NCBI RefSeq assembly: GCF_910592395.1
Contig: NC_088313.1
Span: forward strand, 17,830,500 to 17,894,499
Origin: Lineus longissimus
Taxonomy: Eukaryota
Direction of reading: 5' to 3'
DNA: 64,000 nucleotides
Shown one piece after another: positions 1-12,970 of this stretch. Position 1 is the first letter of the stretch, and the number at the start of each line of letters is the position of its first letter. The position numbers were made by a program, and so were the translations under genes. The notes under the pieces are model-generated. The model saw only the letters and a program-made list of their open reading frames with translations. It was not told the DNA's origin and ran no database searches.

Positions 1-484
1 GTCATAGAAAGCAAGTGTTCTCCATTGTTGATCAGGCAATATGCCAGGTTTAGTCTGAAGAAGTTGTCACTTTCAATGCCTGCTTGTGCCTGTTCTGTCC
101 ATTTAATTCAAGTCACCCTTGTTTCTTTTCAGTTTGCAACTTCTCAGCCGACATTATCTGGGTGGTCTCAAAAACCAGAGAATGAATCTGCATTTAAAGC
201 CACCAGTAAGTTTTACACACAAAGTGTCCATGAAAAGTATTTGCTTGCACTTTTTCCAAATGACCATAATATGTTGGCTATCTGGCTTTTCAATTAGTCA
301 ATACACCCAGTGGGTAGTCTCTGGGCTTGTCGTAAACAAAGGAAGACACCATCATGCAACAGACAAATCAGAGGCGAAGTGAAATCCTTCCGTTATCAGC
401 TTTTCATGAAAATGATGATTTACATGTGATCAGTTGTTGATGGTATCAAAGTTTAGGTGATTTTATAATTGATCTTTTTTTTCA

Positions 485-1297
485 GCGAGGAAAAGCTGGG
501 ATGCCACACTCAGTGCCGAAAGCACCAGTAATGCTTTCTCGGCATTCAAGGCGACCAAGGTTCCACAGAGAAGTCTGGAGACGCCCACATTCGGTGGGGT
601 ATATCGAAAAAAGGTGCCATGCCATTACTGTCAAAGTTGCGAGGCAACTCAACAGACACCACCAGCGGCAAAAAAACGACGGTGCAGATCTCTATCAATT
701 CCTAACGGCTCCACGTGGTCGAATTGCCGCTGCCATTATTACAACTCGCCAAATCTCTGGAAACCTGTGGCACTTCGCCCGCATCTCAACAATAACAAAC
801 TCTTGAAAAATCGGAATTCTCCTTTGGCATGTCTGCGTACAAGCAGCGGTAGTCTCGGGGCATATCATGGCGGTGCAACATCAACTTCTCCAGGAGTTGG
901 GCCAAGGTCATCGTCAGAATTCTCATCACCCCCAGATTCCCCTGTGCCAAGGCCAGCATCAGTTTCCAGCGGTTACTATGATAGTTCGATGAGTTCGCTC
1001 GGTGCGCCATGGCTGGACCAGACAAGTCCGCAGCACTTCCGATTCAATGTATTCCAAACCCGAAGTCATTCAATGGAGGAACAAATCTCACAAAGTAGCG
1101 GCCAGTCTGTCAGTATGACGGCGGGCTCTATGCCAATAATGACCGAGGATATTCCATCAGTGCCATCATCGCCTCGCAGACAGCATATTCAGCGATGTCG
1201 CTCCCAGCCATGTGTTCTTAATGAGAGACGGGGCCGCATGAAACGACGGAGGGAAGAGGATAATCGTCCCAAGATTGATTTCCTCAAAATGACAGAG
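485..1297 (+). CDS. Internal coding exon of an unidentified Ser/Pro-rich nuclear protein. Has a basic NLS-like stretch, RGRMKRRREEDNRPK. The gene's 5' end probably lies upstream of the window.
   Basis: Acceptor ttttttcag at 483-484. Open frame of 271 codons with no stop. Donor GAG|GTTTGT at 1298. The frame continues into exon 2311-2655. Confidence 0.5.
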
Positions 1298-2310
1298 GTT
1301 TGTTTTCATGATTTCCTCAAAATAACTTTTAGTTTATGTCTGTGCTAAGACCTCAGCATGTAACAAGCTCAAGTCTTATTGGTAGCTTTTTTTACGTTGA
1401 CTAATTACTCTTTTCGAAAAGTTGACCCTTTTTCTCAAAACAACTTGCGCCAAATGGTTATTAAAATCTGTGACATCATAGCAATCAACCATTATAAATT
1501 TACTTTATCGTTACCCCATTTTCAACAATCCCAAGATCAAACTCAATCTCTAATGCATGTAATGCCAGCCTAACATGCTTTTCAGCCTTAATCCTTCAAG
1601 AGTATACACCATGGGGCTTTTGCACTCCATTCAAACAGAATTGTTCAGAAGAAATATTGACATGACCTATTTTCCAAGGACTGTCTTTTATTAGCCAGAC
1701 TTAAAGCTGGTTAGCCTCTGGGTTTTTTGCACCTGCCTTTAAATTGCCTCACTTTGGGTATAGAATGTGGAAAATATTTTGGTTAGCCATTAGGCCATAT
1801 TGTTCATGTTATTTGTTTTACTGGCATTTTGGTATGCCGCTTCAATCATGTTGAGCAAAGAGCGAAGTTAAAAGAAAATAGAAAATATTTGCACATTATG
1901 CCATTTATCTTGCATTTGGTAAATAGCAGATATGATCGAGACTTAAATCATGTGCATGATATTTCTCTTTTCAGACAGCATATGAATTCTCAAAGTTTCG
2001 TCAGCCTAAACCAGTCAACATTTCCCGACCTCAGGTAAATATTCGCCATCAAACCTTTCTGTATTTTCTTTGAATTCAGATTGTTGATGCCCTAAAGTGG
2101 CACATTGTATGGATATGGAATTGATCCTGAAGACCCGCCATTGTCATTACCTTAATCTGCTATGTATTGTCCATATCTGACACTCACTATCAACCAAGGC
2201 TCTGCCCAATATCTTTAGCCGAGGTTTATGGTACCTTAAGCATCCTGTGATGAAGTTAATTTGTTGTGTGGTCGATTAGAAAATACATGCTCTACTTAAT
2301 CATGTTTCAG

Positions 2311-2655
2311 GACATTCGATCCCCTAACAGAACACTGGCGAGCATCTTCTCAGAACATGAACAGATCTTCGGGCTGAAGCCAATCACTGGATCTCCTTTA
2401 GACAACAGTATTCCTGGCACTGTAGTCGTTTCACCAGCCACAAGCCCAACCAAGGAAGTCTGTGAAGAAATGGACACTACGCTCGTGGACATGGCCGACA
2501 GTGGCTGCAGCGATAGCGGCGACCCACCAGAGATTGTGAGTTTCCCAAGCGAGACTGGTGGCGACTCATGTGGCTGCCATGACATTTGCACAGATGAAAT
2601 GTTCCAGATCGATGTCGGGAATGAGCTGGATCTGGACTTGATTGAAAACGACTAA
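2311..2655 (+). CDS. Terminal coding exon of the same Ser/Pro-rich protein. Acidic C-terminus ...DEMFQIDVGNELDLDLIEND, stop TAA.
   Basis: Acceptor catgtttcag at 2309-2310. In frame (phase 0) with exon 485-1297. Stop at 2653-2655. Confidence 0.55.
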   Translation, partial: DIRSPNRTLASIFSEHEQIFGLKPITGSPLDNSIPGTVVVSPATSPTKEVCEEMDTTLVDMADSGCSDSGDPPEIVSFPSETGGDSCGCHDICTDEMFQIDVGNELDLDLIEND

Positions 2656-3828
2656 TTTGCGAATGTTGTTCTGGTTGACATCTGCCTGATCAGGAACTGT
2701 ACTGATGTGAAGATGAAGGCGTTTATTCTTCATTTAATAGTTCTATGAATGCCAAAGTTTGGGAAAAACAATGGATGCCTCACAATAATTCCTTTTTATG
2801 TGAGACTTCTCTTCAATGTATTGCCATCATTTGCCATTCATGGGAATCTAGATAGCTGTGATATGTATCCATATAATAACTCCGGTGTTCTAAACGTTGT
2901 GGAGTATACGCATAAATAATAAGGTCAAAGGTTAATAAGTTGCAAGCTCTTGTGTAGGGCTCTTGGTTGAAATGGCGGCTCAGGGTTGAAACTTTTACTG
3001 CTTTTGTTGGTGCTATTGTAAAATAGCCTCAAGGAGAATACAAAACCATCGTAGCGAAATTATTTGACTTGCAGCTTTTGCCTCAATGGTTGCATTGAAA
3101 TCTTAGCCCTGCAGCTGTTTAACTGGGTTAGGAGAGTCGCTTGGCAGCAAAGAACTTTATATTTCATTGTTCAGGTGTTGATGCTTGCCCTCCAATGGCT
3201 TCTGTATTTCAAATGCTCGTCTCTTTTTACGGCAGTACCGACAGACAGGGTTACTTTGATACCAACAGGTGATAATACCCACTTGATTATTGTAAAAGTG
3301 TAGGCAACATGAGTGATTCTCCTAATCTAGGTTAGCAAAGGAATACCCACCTTAATTAAACTCAGGTTGAAATTGATATACCGAAAGGCTTTACAAATAT
3401 TTGATACGAGAGAATTTATGATAATGTATGGTAGTGAAAGTAGATTGTAGTGCATGTACATGTATGTACCGGTACACATAATGCGTGTTATGAATTGTCT
3501 CCTCAGGTGTTGTACATGTATGCGAGGTTTAAAGGGAAACTGGCCTAATACACTATTTCGTGCATTTTGTTCATATAATCGGTAAATTAGTTCTCTGTTA
3601 AATGGAACATACTCTGTAGGGAAAGATCATAGTGATGAATGTTTCTAACAACTCTACGGGTTGTATTTGTTCTGTAGGGGTTAATAGCGGCATGGCCTGA
3701 ATATCCTGCCAACAATCAATATTTAAAGTGGGCCACTTTCTCTTTAGATCAGGAAGGTAAACACCTACAGGAAATTCAGATGAATTAAATCTATAATGCT
3801 ATTTTCTCTAAATTGATGTTAAAATTAA

Positions 3829-4143
3829 CACCTTCAGCTCCGAACCACGTCGATCTACGTGGCCCAAATCCCCCCTCTTTGAGCTGGTTGTCGGAGTCTC
3901 ATGGACTTCATGAAAGAACTACGCCATCGCCATCTTCAGGGTAAGGTAGGAACTGTGGCGTATTTCTTTTATGAAGTCATTTAGTTTTGAACTGCGCCAT
4001 CGCCATCTTCAGGGCAAGGTGTTTCAGTTCCTACCTTGCCCTGAAGATGGCGATGGCGTAGTTCTTTCATGAAGTCCATGAGACTCCGACAACCAGCTCA
4101 AGAGATGGGCCACGTAGATCTACGTGGTTCGGTGCTGAAGGTG
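3829..4143. mobile_element. Foldback MITE copy 1, about 315 bp. Long terminal inverted repeats (caccttcagctccgaaccacgt... / ...acgtggttcggtgctgaaggtg). Flanked by a TTAA duplication (3825-3828 and 4144-4147), which is a piggyBac-like target site.
   Basis: The two arms are near-perfect reverse complements. There are internal alternating subrepeats (ctacgccatcgccatcttcagggcaaggt). A second copy lies at 24941-25319. Confidence 0.7.
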
Positions 4144-5430
4144 TTAAAGTGTACATGTATAGTAGCAATACACTTCCAACACAGTCCATGTACTAAAAGT
4201 GGTTTTTTCAAATTTTTTGATCAAAATTGAGTTTGCCTGATGTATATTAACTGCGACAAGTACTTTGTTTCTCTCCCCGCAGTGCTTACATTATCTAGTT
4301 TTGTTATCATGTTATGTCCAGTTTTTTTGTTGTTATACAAAACTCAAGAGCATTGCGTTCAACCTTTTTGCTGTTTCAAATGCTATAGAGGGAAGGATAT
4401 TAAAAGTCCATGTGTATTCATCCTTGAACCGCATATACCCTGTGAGCAGCTTGAGTTGAGTGGAAAGGCCTTGTGGCATACAGCAGTTTTTTGTGCTGTA
4501 CTTATCTAATTTGAATGAATAAATTAGAAGTCTTATTTTATGTTGCAATGAAATTAAATACGATGATAGTTTGATTTGCCAGTTTAAGTGCATCATTTCG
4601 TTTTCCCACGAATGGTTTATATTTTCATAATGAGCGTTGGGAGATAGTTTTTTTTGCCAGTTCTGTCTGTATTTTTCAGAGTACTTGTCATTGGATTGTT
4701 GTAGACTGGATGCGGTTACATTCAGGTTATTTTTTCTCTAGCAGAAATAGCTCGCTTTGAAATGATATTTTCACTAATTTTTTACTCATCATTTTTACTG
4801 AATTTTTTGACGGAGACATATTAAGGCGGCTGCATATTTTTTAACTTTTGAAAAACCTTTCCATATTTGTATATCTGAGTCTCGAACAACTTCAGTCCAT
4901 ATGTTAATGCACAAATGATCAGTCCAAAACAAACTACGTTTATTTCACCCTAGCTTGCCAGGATTGGCTGTTTCGAGTTTCACTTTAAAACACTGCTCAT
5001 TCTGGCAAACTCTGTGAAATGTAGATGTCCATGTATTGCACAAAGTGTAGTTCAACGTTAGCTATCAGTTCTATTTGACTTGTGTCTGTGTAAATTCTTG
5101 ATAATACTTTAGTGAAATAGACAATATATCTATCATAAAGTTGAGACAACACTGTCTTGCTTGTGACGAAATGTACATGAATTCTTTGATCAAATGACTG
5201 CTTGACTCATACAGTACTATTTGAGCTATCACCACACAAATTCCTGATCTTCCTTTCTGATATATGGCGTCAACTCCCTGTGGTTTCTCATACATTCTAT
5301 ACTAGTATAGTGAACAAAACAGTGTGGCAGTATTAGCACCCCCGTCCATTTGTTCTGTCTTATAAAATCATTGTGCACCAATTCATGAATGTGGGCAAAC
5401 TCTTTTCGGAAAAAAAGGTGATGCATGTTG

Positions 5431-5630
5431 AAATATGTGACCCGTCACAGCAAAACCAGGCGCTTGTCGCACAGAAGATGAGCCTAATTGACACCAGGAG
5501 ATAATGGAAGTAGTTGATGTGCTCATATTTCACAAAAGGCAGACAATAGAGAAATGAACAGACAGTCCGTCTCAAGCTGTCAAGCTCACAGCGACATGCG
5601 CCTGGTTTTGCTGTGATGGGTCACATATGT
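5431..5630. mobile_element. Small MITE-like element, about 200 bp, with 33-bp terminal inverted repeats (aaatatgtgacccgtcacagcaaaaccaggcgc / gcgcctggttttgctgtgatgggtcacatatgt).
   Basis: The TIRs match as reverse complements with 2 mismatches. The ~130 bp between them is non-coding. Confidence 0.5.
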
Positions 5631-8600
5631 CCTCAATTTGTTTGTCCGTGGAAGTTAAGCAGATGACCCAAAGGAGGAACCAATACTAAATTCCTGTTTT
5701 TTGGTGCTGGGTAGAAAGAATTTGTATTCAATGTCTATCTATTGAATATTGTACAGATTGATGTTAACAGTATAACAAATTCTCTGGTTTATTCAATACC
5801 CAAGTTTGCTGTATTTACTGTCATAGTGGCCATATGTATATTAGTCTTAATTATATCCGTAGAACTATCTGTATTTTCATCTTGAAAGAAATTGATTTGG
5901 CTAGGTTCAAACTATTGTACATTACAAGTCAGGTTTGATGCTCAGCTCTGTCTCACTTTGCCAACTTAAAATGTACAGTTACCAGATTGGTATTGAAAAG
6001 GATGTACGTTTCCGGTCCAGACTCATTTAAAAGATTTTTGTAGAAAAAATACTAAAATACAACTGCAACTCAACTTATCCATTTACATTATGCACTGAGC
6101 AATAAGCTTAATTGATAATCAGTAAAATTTGCTCTGAAGTCATCAATGCACATTGGCATGCGAGTGAAAACATTATGCAAAGACGAAAAGATCATCTTGC
6201 TTACACTCAGGTATCCTGACGAGATAGGGTACAGATAGGGTACAGAATTCACTGTCAGCGTTTTGTACTAACTCTTCCTGACTTGTGATTTCATAGAAAA
6301 ATCTCAGGTGGCGACTTTGGTACAAAGCTGGTTGTGTCTGACATGATCTCAGTACATGGGAATCCTCTATTGGCAGTTGCCTAATCCGGACAATTTAGAG
6401 AAAAAATACCTGTGAATTTCTGTATGAATTGAGAATAAATTGAATTAAAAAGGCAAATTCAAGTGGATCTGCTTACAAGGACTTGTATCTGATGTATTTA
6501 TCACAGCACATGATCTAGTTGTTCTGTTAGGTCCCAATGAGTACATATTTTGCCAGTTCTCGCTATGACGTGAATTGGTCGAAGAAGGCTTACAAAATGA
6601 GGGTTGGGTGGTGAATAGTGCATGCTTTGCTGGGTTACAATGTTTCTTGACATTGTGTCTGTCAACACTAACTCAGGGGTTGTTAGTGTTACTTTTTCTG
6701 TACATAATTTATCATCAAGGTTTGTGACCAGTCCCTAGGGACAAGGTGTGTCATTTTCATTTTATCATGAGTGTCTATGTTCCATGTTGGTGCTTTAGTA
6801 GTGTTGCTGTACAAGTGAAGTAAGCGATGGTGTACATGTATGTATGTGTGTTTCATCGAGTCACCAAAAGTTGATAAAATCTACAGGCATTTGACTTGAT
6901 GTTTGCTTCTCTGCCCAACTTCTTTGATTAACGTATCTTGCTGTAGTTCCTCATCAGAACGAGTTATGGCCCTTTGATAGAGACCTAGTAGAATGGATAT
7001 ACTGGATATAAATTGTTCTTAACGCGAGTTCTTTAATACTCATGGCCACATTTTGAGATATGCATGAGCGAGGCAAATTTGGTGTTCAGCTTTTTCCTTA
7101 GAGTTGTGTTGAATTTTCTTGATGGTAGAAAAGCAGACATCAGGTTGTACTTTTTTTATTGGTGCACAGGTATTGTTTTATGAACTTGGGGTGACTCGGA
7201 GAATATGTGTGGTCATTTTATCTCATTAATCATTAGATAATGTTAATATTTTGTGGCTCTAGAAATAATTCAAGGCGATGCGAGCTGAAAAATCATAGCA
7301 ATATTTCAGTCAACTCATTTTTGGAATTTTATGGCAGTTATTATTGACCTTTTATGAAGAGTTGTATTTGAGAAAATCTCTGGCAACAGTATTTATCAAT
7401 AGTCGTCACAGTTAGACATAAAACCTGTACCGTTACATACCGTTAGCTCACTGTTAGAGTTGATCAGCCGACAAAAATTAAGGAGGTGTGTGAGGTCCAG
7501 TCAGCGCTCAAAGGAGAACACTAGACTGCCTTATTTTGCGCTTAGAACTCAGGCCAATTTCACTCAGTGGCATATTGTGGCAGAGGTACGTTTTCAGGAA
7601 TTTTCTCAAATAACTCTAGCACTTTCCAATGAGCAGCCATATCTTTTATTTTCATGTTCCAACATTGTGATATCAACTCTCCATCAGTTTGTGAAAGGCT
7701 CATTTGCCTCAGGTATGAGCTATGAACAGCACCGGTAGCGTTTATATATATGTAGGCGATTATTTGGGTGAGATGCCCTGGTAGTAATTCACTGTGTGGA
7801 CTGAGTCAGGAAATGGATCTGGGAAATGAACTAACCTTTGAATTAAACAATTTATTTTAGGCAGATTTTCTTGTGTTTTAGAATGACTTTGAAATATCAA
7901 CTCTTTCATATACTTTTTGCGTACTTAAGATTCAATCAAAAGCTGTCACTCTGTTAATCTTGAAATAATCTAAATTATTTTTTTGCAAAACAATTTTGGG
8001 AGTGTTAATGGCTTTTGATTGATGCTGCAGTATTATATTGGTATCGAAAGATATAACAGAACTGTGTCAACTTTCTGTATAGTAATCATGATTTTTTTCT
8101 GGCACTGATGAATAGTCTGGTAATGATATTGGTCTGTAATATCTGTGACCATCATATTGTACATGTATCTGTTAAAAGAAGACCATAGTAGGAACTCGGG
8201 GATCCAATGAATGAACAATGTATTCTTGGCTGTACTTGTGGGTTTATTATGGGGCGTGGGGGGTACAATAAAGGTTGGTTATCATGAAGTGCCATCATGG
8301 AAAGAACGCACTGTAGGTACACAGAGGTTTTTACACTTCATGTTTGCAGGCCTTTAGTCAATTGATTATATTGGGAATAAGCATAAACCAAAGTTCTAGG
8401 ATAGGAAAAAATATATATGCTCAATAGTTTAGTCATAAGTCAACACTAATTTAGTAGAAATCACCTGTCCAATTGATTTAAATTTCAATTATGTCCAGTT
8501 AAATACATGTAGTATAACTTTGTGAAAGGTTCAATGAATTTAGAAAATTTTATTTCATGTTGTCAATAGGAGAATCAATTTGCTGGAAGAAGTTGTGACT

Positions 8601-10299
8601 GCTCAGATCAGAGTGTGTTAATGAAAACATTGATGAAAACAGGCTTAGAATATGCTTGATAAAAATATAATTACTGATTTAAACAGAAGGTACACAGAGA
8701 AATCATTTGTGTTGCATTGATCTAATACCATTGCAATGTGAATGTGTCAATTTTCTCAAAAGCCTGCCACCTTGTTGGGCTATAAAGATGTTTAATTGGA
8801 GATTTTATATCTCGTCTCCGACTGATCAATGGTCAGAGCTAAGTGTATATTGCATTCAAAGATGGTCTTCGTCAATGATTAAAATATTTTCAAGGTTAGT
8901 TCATTAAAAGTTTGTATTTTTGTGTGCAGAAAGTAAAATAAAGAAATTGAAAAAAGTCTAGACAATTTCTTGGTTGTGTTGTGTTTCTTTTGCTCCGAAC
9001 TGGCTAGCGGCATACTACGACCACCACTACATGTGACTGGCTGTCACTCGGGTCTTGCATTATCCACAGACCAGAGACAATTACATAGCCAATCTGATTC
9101 CTGAAAGACTTGGCAGTAAAAGTTAAAATTAAAAATTCCCCAGTTTTGGGTGTAACTGGAAATTCCCCCCTTTTTAGGGGAGGGAATGGGGGGGGGGGGG
9201 GAGTTATTCCATGAACCCCTGACAACCGTTAGATCACAGCTTATCTTTATCCAAACTTACGTACATACCAGGACCCTTATATACAGTGCAAATTCTCACT
9301 GCATTATTCTCATGTCATGGTGTTGACTCCACTTGCGTATCAGGTACGTTGCAGATCAACTGTCTCTGCTACCACCCATAGGGTCATACTAAACAGCTCC
9401 CACCAGGTTTAAAAGCATATTTAAAGCCATCAAAATAAAATCTAATGGTCATAAACGAAATAAGCAGGACATTTGTCACATTTTCTGATCGTTTCGTGAC
9501 ATTTGTGTGCTAGATTAGAGAGTTGTTGTCTAAAATGTACCAGCGTCCACCCAGTCGGCGGCCATGTTGGATTTGACTTGGAGGAAATGAAAGGGCTTCC
9601 CAATACCAACTACAGTAGCCTTGTGATTTTAGACAACATCTCCCTTAGCTTACACCCAAATGTCATGAAATTTTCAGGAAATGTATTTTATGGTGTACAT
9701 ATTTCGTTTATGGCTTCTGCATTTTATTTTGATGACTTACTACCTGACTTTAAACCTGGTGGACGCTGATGGGCGCTGGTTGACGCTGTTGAGGATGACC
9801 GCACCCATAACTAGCAAGTCCCGGCAAATGTGGAAAATATTGACGCTGTTTACTTCTTCGTACATTTTGTACACGTTGTAGTGAGTTTATTGAGGAGACT
9901 GCTGATCTTGCGTTTCGCTCTGGAATTATCTGGACTATTGCATGTATTATTTACTTATTGTGCAATATATTGGGTGATGTCAGTGAGTTGCAATTAATGT
10001 GCTTGTGTCTGTAGTTCTATTGGATAGCTTGGACGGGTAAGTTGTGAAGAATCTGCACCGGTTTTGCTCATTTTATGGAGAAGATTTGATGTGCACTGCT
10101 GTCAAATTTGCAATTTTTTTACCAATCCAATGTTCACACACTACACAACAGTAACAGTCACAGTGTGTTCCAAAAAAGTCCCCCATACATGTAAAGTGTA
10201 TTTTGTAGGAATTGTAATTTAGGATAGATTGATAATATGTAAAGAGCAAGCTCTAGTGAACTCGCACAACTGTATGTCTTAGCAGACAATTTTTAAATA

Positions 10300-10949
10300 C
10301 ATGATGATGTCCCACACCCGCACTTCAGCCTTCAGGACAGTGGCGCCGGTGTGAATAAATCTACTTAGTACTTGTGGTCAATGGCTCATGACATCATGAA
10401 ATAGTTGCGTCACGAGGAAGGAAACAATGGGATTCACGTCCGACGTCGTAACTGTTGGTGCGGTGCGTCATGAATGCAGGATCGACCAACGCGCGGCCCA
10501 TATGGAATGCGACAAAACTGTACCGGAACCAGAATTATCATGGGTCTGCACAAATTTTTTCAGATTCAATGGATATGATGGATGTATGCATTTTGTTGTT
10601 TACACTTTACATACAGTGTATACGTAACCATTACACTCACTACGTTGTGTGAGTTACTACGTGTATAGAGGTTCTTCACTTGACGTTTTGACGGCCACCT
10701 GTCAATCCATTTCCTTTACGAATTACGTTGTGGCCACCTGTGACGGCCAAAATGGCTGTGCAAAACAATTTGCTACGTCATCATGTGACGTCAGTGAAGA
10801 ACGTCTATAGTCACAAGTATCAACTGGGATACCCGCGTATCCATGTTGGTACTTTTGACCTGATGGCGCTCATGGCATTGTGGTCACTGGACTGGGCTTC
10901 ATCCTACTTATTCCTAGATCATCGTTTTTGTTATAGATAGGTGGCAACC
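10300..10949 (+). promoter_or_regulatory. TEP1: CpG-rich putative promoter of the TEP1-like gene. Contains a full CRE palindrome TGACGTCA at 10786-10793.
   Basis: Local CpG density is much higher than in flanking AT-rich DNA. It sits immediately 5' of the first ATG (10950), which is preceded by an in-frame TAG. Confidence 0.4.
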
Positions 10950-11031
10950 ATGGTGATTCAAGCAGATAGAAAAACACGCTGTGCTGCCGATCTGACATTC
11001 AATACGAAATCGTCTCTGAAACTAACTGGTG
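10950..11031 (+). CDS. TEP1: TEP1-like exon 1 (start codon; MVIQADRKTRCAADLTFNTKSSLKLTG)
   Basis: ATG at 10950 follows an in-frame TAG. Donor G|GTGAGT at 11032. Phase 1 matches the exon 2 acceptor. Confidence 0.5.
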
Positions 11032-11199
11032 GTGAGTATTGCAGACGCATAGCTTCCTATCAATATCATCAGTACGTCTCGACTCTAGACTCTGAAATCT
11101 CTGGATCTGTGAATAGTACTAGTACATGTTTTAGTTTCATCTGAGATAATTTTTTCGTCTTTAAGGCTTTCATTGATTTGGTCTTTGCTGTAATTTCAG

Positions 11200-11978
11200 G
11201 TCTGAGGAGTAGTGGTCTTGGTAGTAACTTGTGCAGCTCACTAAGCAAGACTTCATCGACTAAGAAAGATGGTGAATCAAATTTGTCTAACCTTGGCCTT
11301 GGGAAAACAGGAATGGGTCTCACCTCTGGTTCTTTGCTGTCAGGAAAGAGTCTCCTGGGGACAGCCACTGGGACATCCTTGAGGAATACTTCACTGCTTG
11401 GTTTCTCTGCATCAAAATCCAAGGAACCTGATGATCTGAAATCGTCTTCCCGTTTGACAAGCAGTCCAGGTTTGGGGTTAAGGTCGACAGGACTTGGCCT
11501 CAGGTCAGTAGGTTTGGGAGGATTGACGTCACTGACATCGTCTGGTCCACTTAAAGGACTGGGGACAACTACTGGCCTCTCAAGGGAACCGACTCTGTTG
11601 TCTGGGTTGCCGTTGAAGTCTAATCTAACAACATCAAGCCTTGCTTGTCCACTCAGAACAACACTTCTGAAAGAAAGTAGATCCCAGGGACAGGGTGGTG
11701 ATGTCAGAGGATCTCTTCCTGAAAAGGGTCCTACGCCGAAGAAGGAGAAGAAGAGGAAGGATGATGGCAAGAAGAAAAAAGATGGCAGGATGACTGTATC
11801 AAAATTGGACAAACAGGAGACCAATAAGCAGCTCCAGTCGGACATCGAACTCCCCACGTATGACCTTTGCCTTTCTGCTGAGGTGAAGGATATTGAAAAG
11901 ACCTTGTTCGTTCCACCAGAGCAAGATGCTGCCATCATGTTGAGTTCAAAGGTCAAGGATGAATTACTTGCTATGAAG
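11200..11978 (+). CDS. TEP1: TEP1-like exon 2. G/L/S/T-rich N-terminal repeat region plus a K-rich stretch.
   Basis: Acceptor taatttcag at 11198-11199. Open for 779 nt. Donor AAG|GTATGA. Confidence 0.7.
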
Positions 11979-12208
11979 GTATGATTCTTTATGCTACTTG
12001 TTATCATCTCTGTTCATGAACCTTATCAATTTAGTTGATGAAAATGAGCATTTTGAAATCCACATGTAGTCGTCGTTGTATGGATTAATTGGTCAACAAT
12101 ACTGCAATATTGGGACCAGAGGAGTGAAATGTTAGTTTAAAAAAACTGTGAGTGGCTGCAGATTGAAATTAAAACACCTTATGTTATCGGTATAATCCAT
12201 TGTTTCAG

Positions 12209-12337
12209 TGTAACTTCATCAATGCTGTCAGTGCTTCCCTGATTGGTGCACCAGATTTCAAGAAACCAGCAACATGGGCCTCTCTCCGTAATATGGTTGA
12301 GACAGTTGCAAGATATGACCCAGAGTTCATTCTTAAG
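12209..12337 (+). CDS. TEP1: TEP1-like exon 3 (TROVE domain start, CNFINAVSASLIGAPDFKKPATWASLRNMVETVARYDPEFILK)
   Basis: Acceptor tgtttcag, donor AAG|GTAGAT, phase 0. Confidence 0.8.
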
Positions 12338-12632
12338 GTAGATTCCGTTTACTTCCTCTGCTTTCAAGTAAACTTATATGGTGGTTTAATTGATACTAGA
12401 TAGAGTAAATTATCCTCTCTGGATAGAGGTGTCTGCAATGATTTGGAAGGACCACTGTTATTTCGAAGAACCACTGTTCCTTGAATTAAGGGCATAACCG
12501 TACCTTAGTGCTGCTACAAAGAATCTTTGCTTTTATTTCATTCTTTTATTTCACCTTTTAAGATAATTGCTGATACCAAGAATATATAAAGACTAGTCTT
12601 AATTAATTCTTGCTGATACCGTCACATTTTAG

Positions 12633-12794
12633 GTGGCTCTTTACACAAGAAAATGCCTTAATATAAGAACTACCGCAAACTTCCTTCTGGCCCTCGCATC
12701 ATTCACCAAAGAGTGCAGGATCTACATCAAGAAATACTTCAGTGCTTCAATAAATCTGCCTTCCGATTGGATAGAAGTGGCAGAATATTACCAG
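12633..12794 (+). CDS. TEP1: TEP1-like exon 4 (TROVE, ALYTRKCLNIRTTANFLLALASF...)
   Basis: Acceptor cacattttag, donor CAG|GTTAGT, phase 0. Confidence 0.8.
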
Positions 12795-12914
12795 GTTAGT
12801 AAAAACAAAAAAGCAGACTACAGTTACACCATCCTTGACAAACACGAAACCCTCTCTGTTTTTGATAAGGACACTGCATACCAAATTGGTTGTTCCATTG
12901 AGTTAGACGTCTGT

Positions 12915-12970
12915 AATCAGGACACCTCTCAATGAAGCATTTGTGAATCCCAAGGGTCTCCTTAATAGAG
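12915..12970. repeat. Fragment of the TA-flanked MITE family that has a full copy at 17113-17290. Retains the internal and right-end motifs (aatcaggacacctctc...aagggtctccttaatagag).
   Basis: Sequence similarity to 17215-17285. It abuts the candidate acceptor at 12969-12970. Confidence 0.35.

Noticed and set aside
501-806. Alternative +frame ORF (R/H-rich) overlapping exon 485-1297
   Set aside because: Shorter, highly basic low-complexity frame. The S/P-rich frame runs uninterrupted from the acceptor to a donor and continues into the next exon.
9538-9771. Short (~12 bp) inverted repeat taccagcgtccacc / ggtggacgctgg
   Set aside because: Too short and imperfect, with no TSD. Likely chance.
11069-12007. 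312-aa minus-strand ORF
   Set aside because: It is antisense to TEP1 exon 2. Low-complexity, codon-mirror artefact of the G/L/S-rich sense strand.
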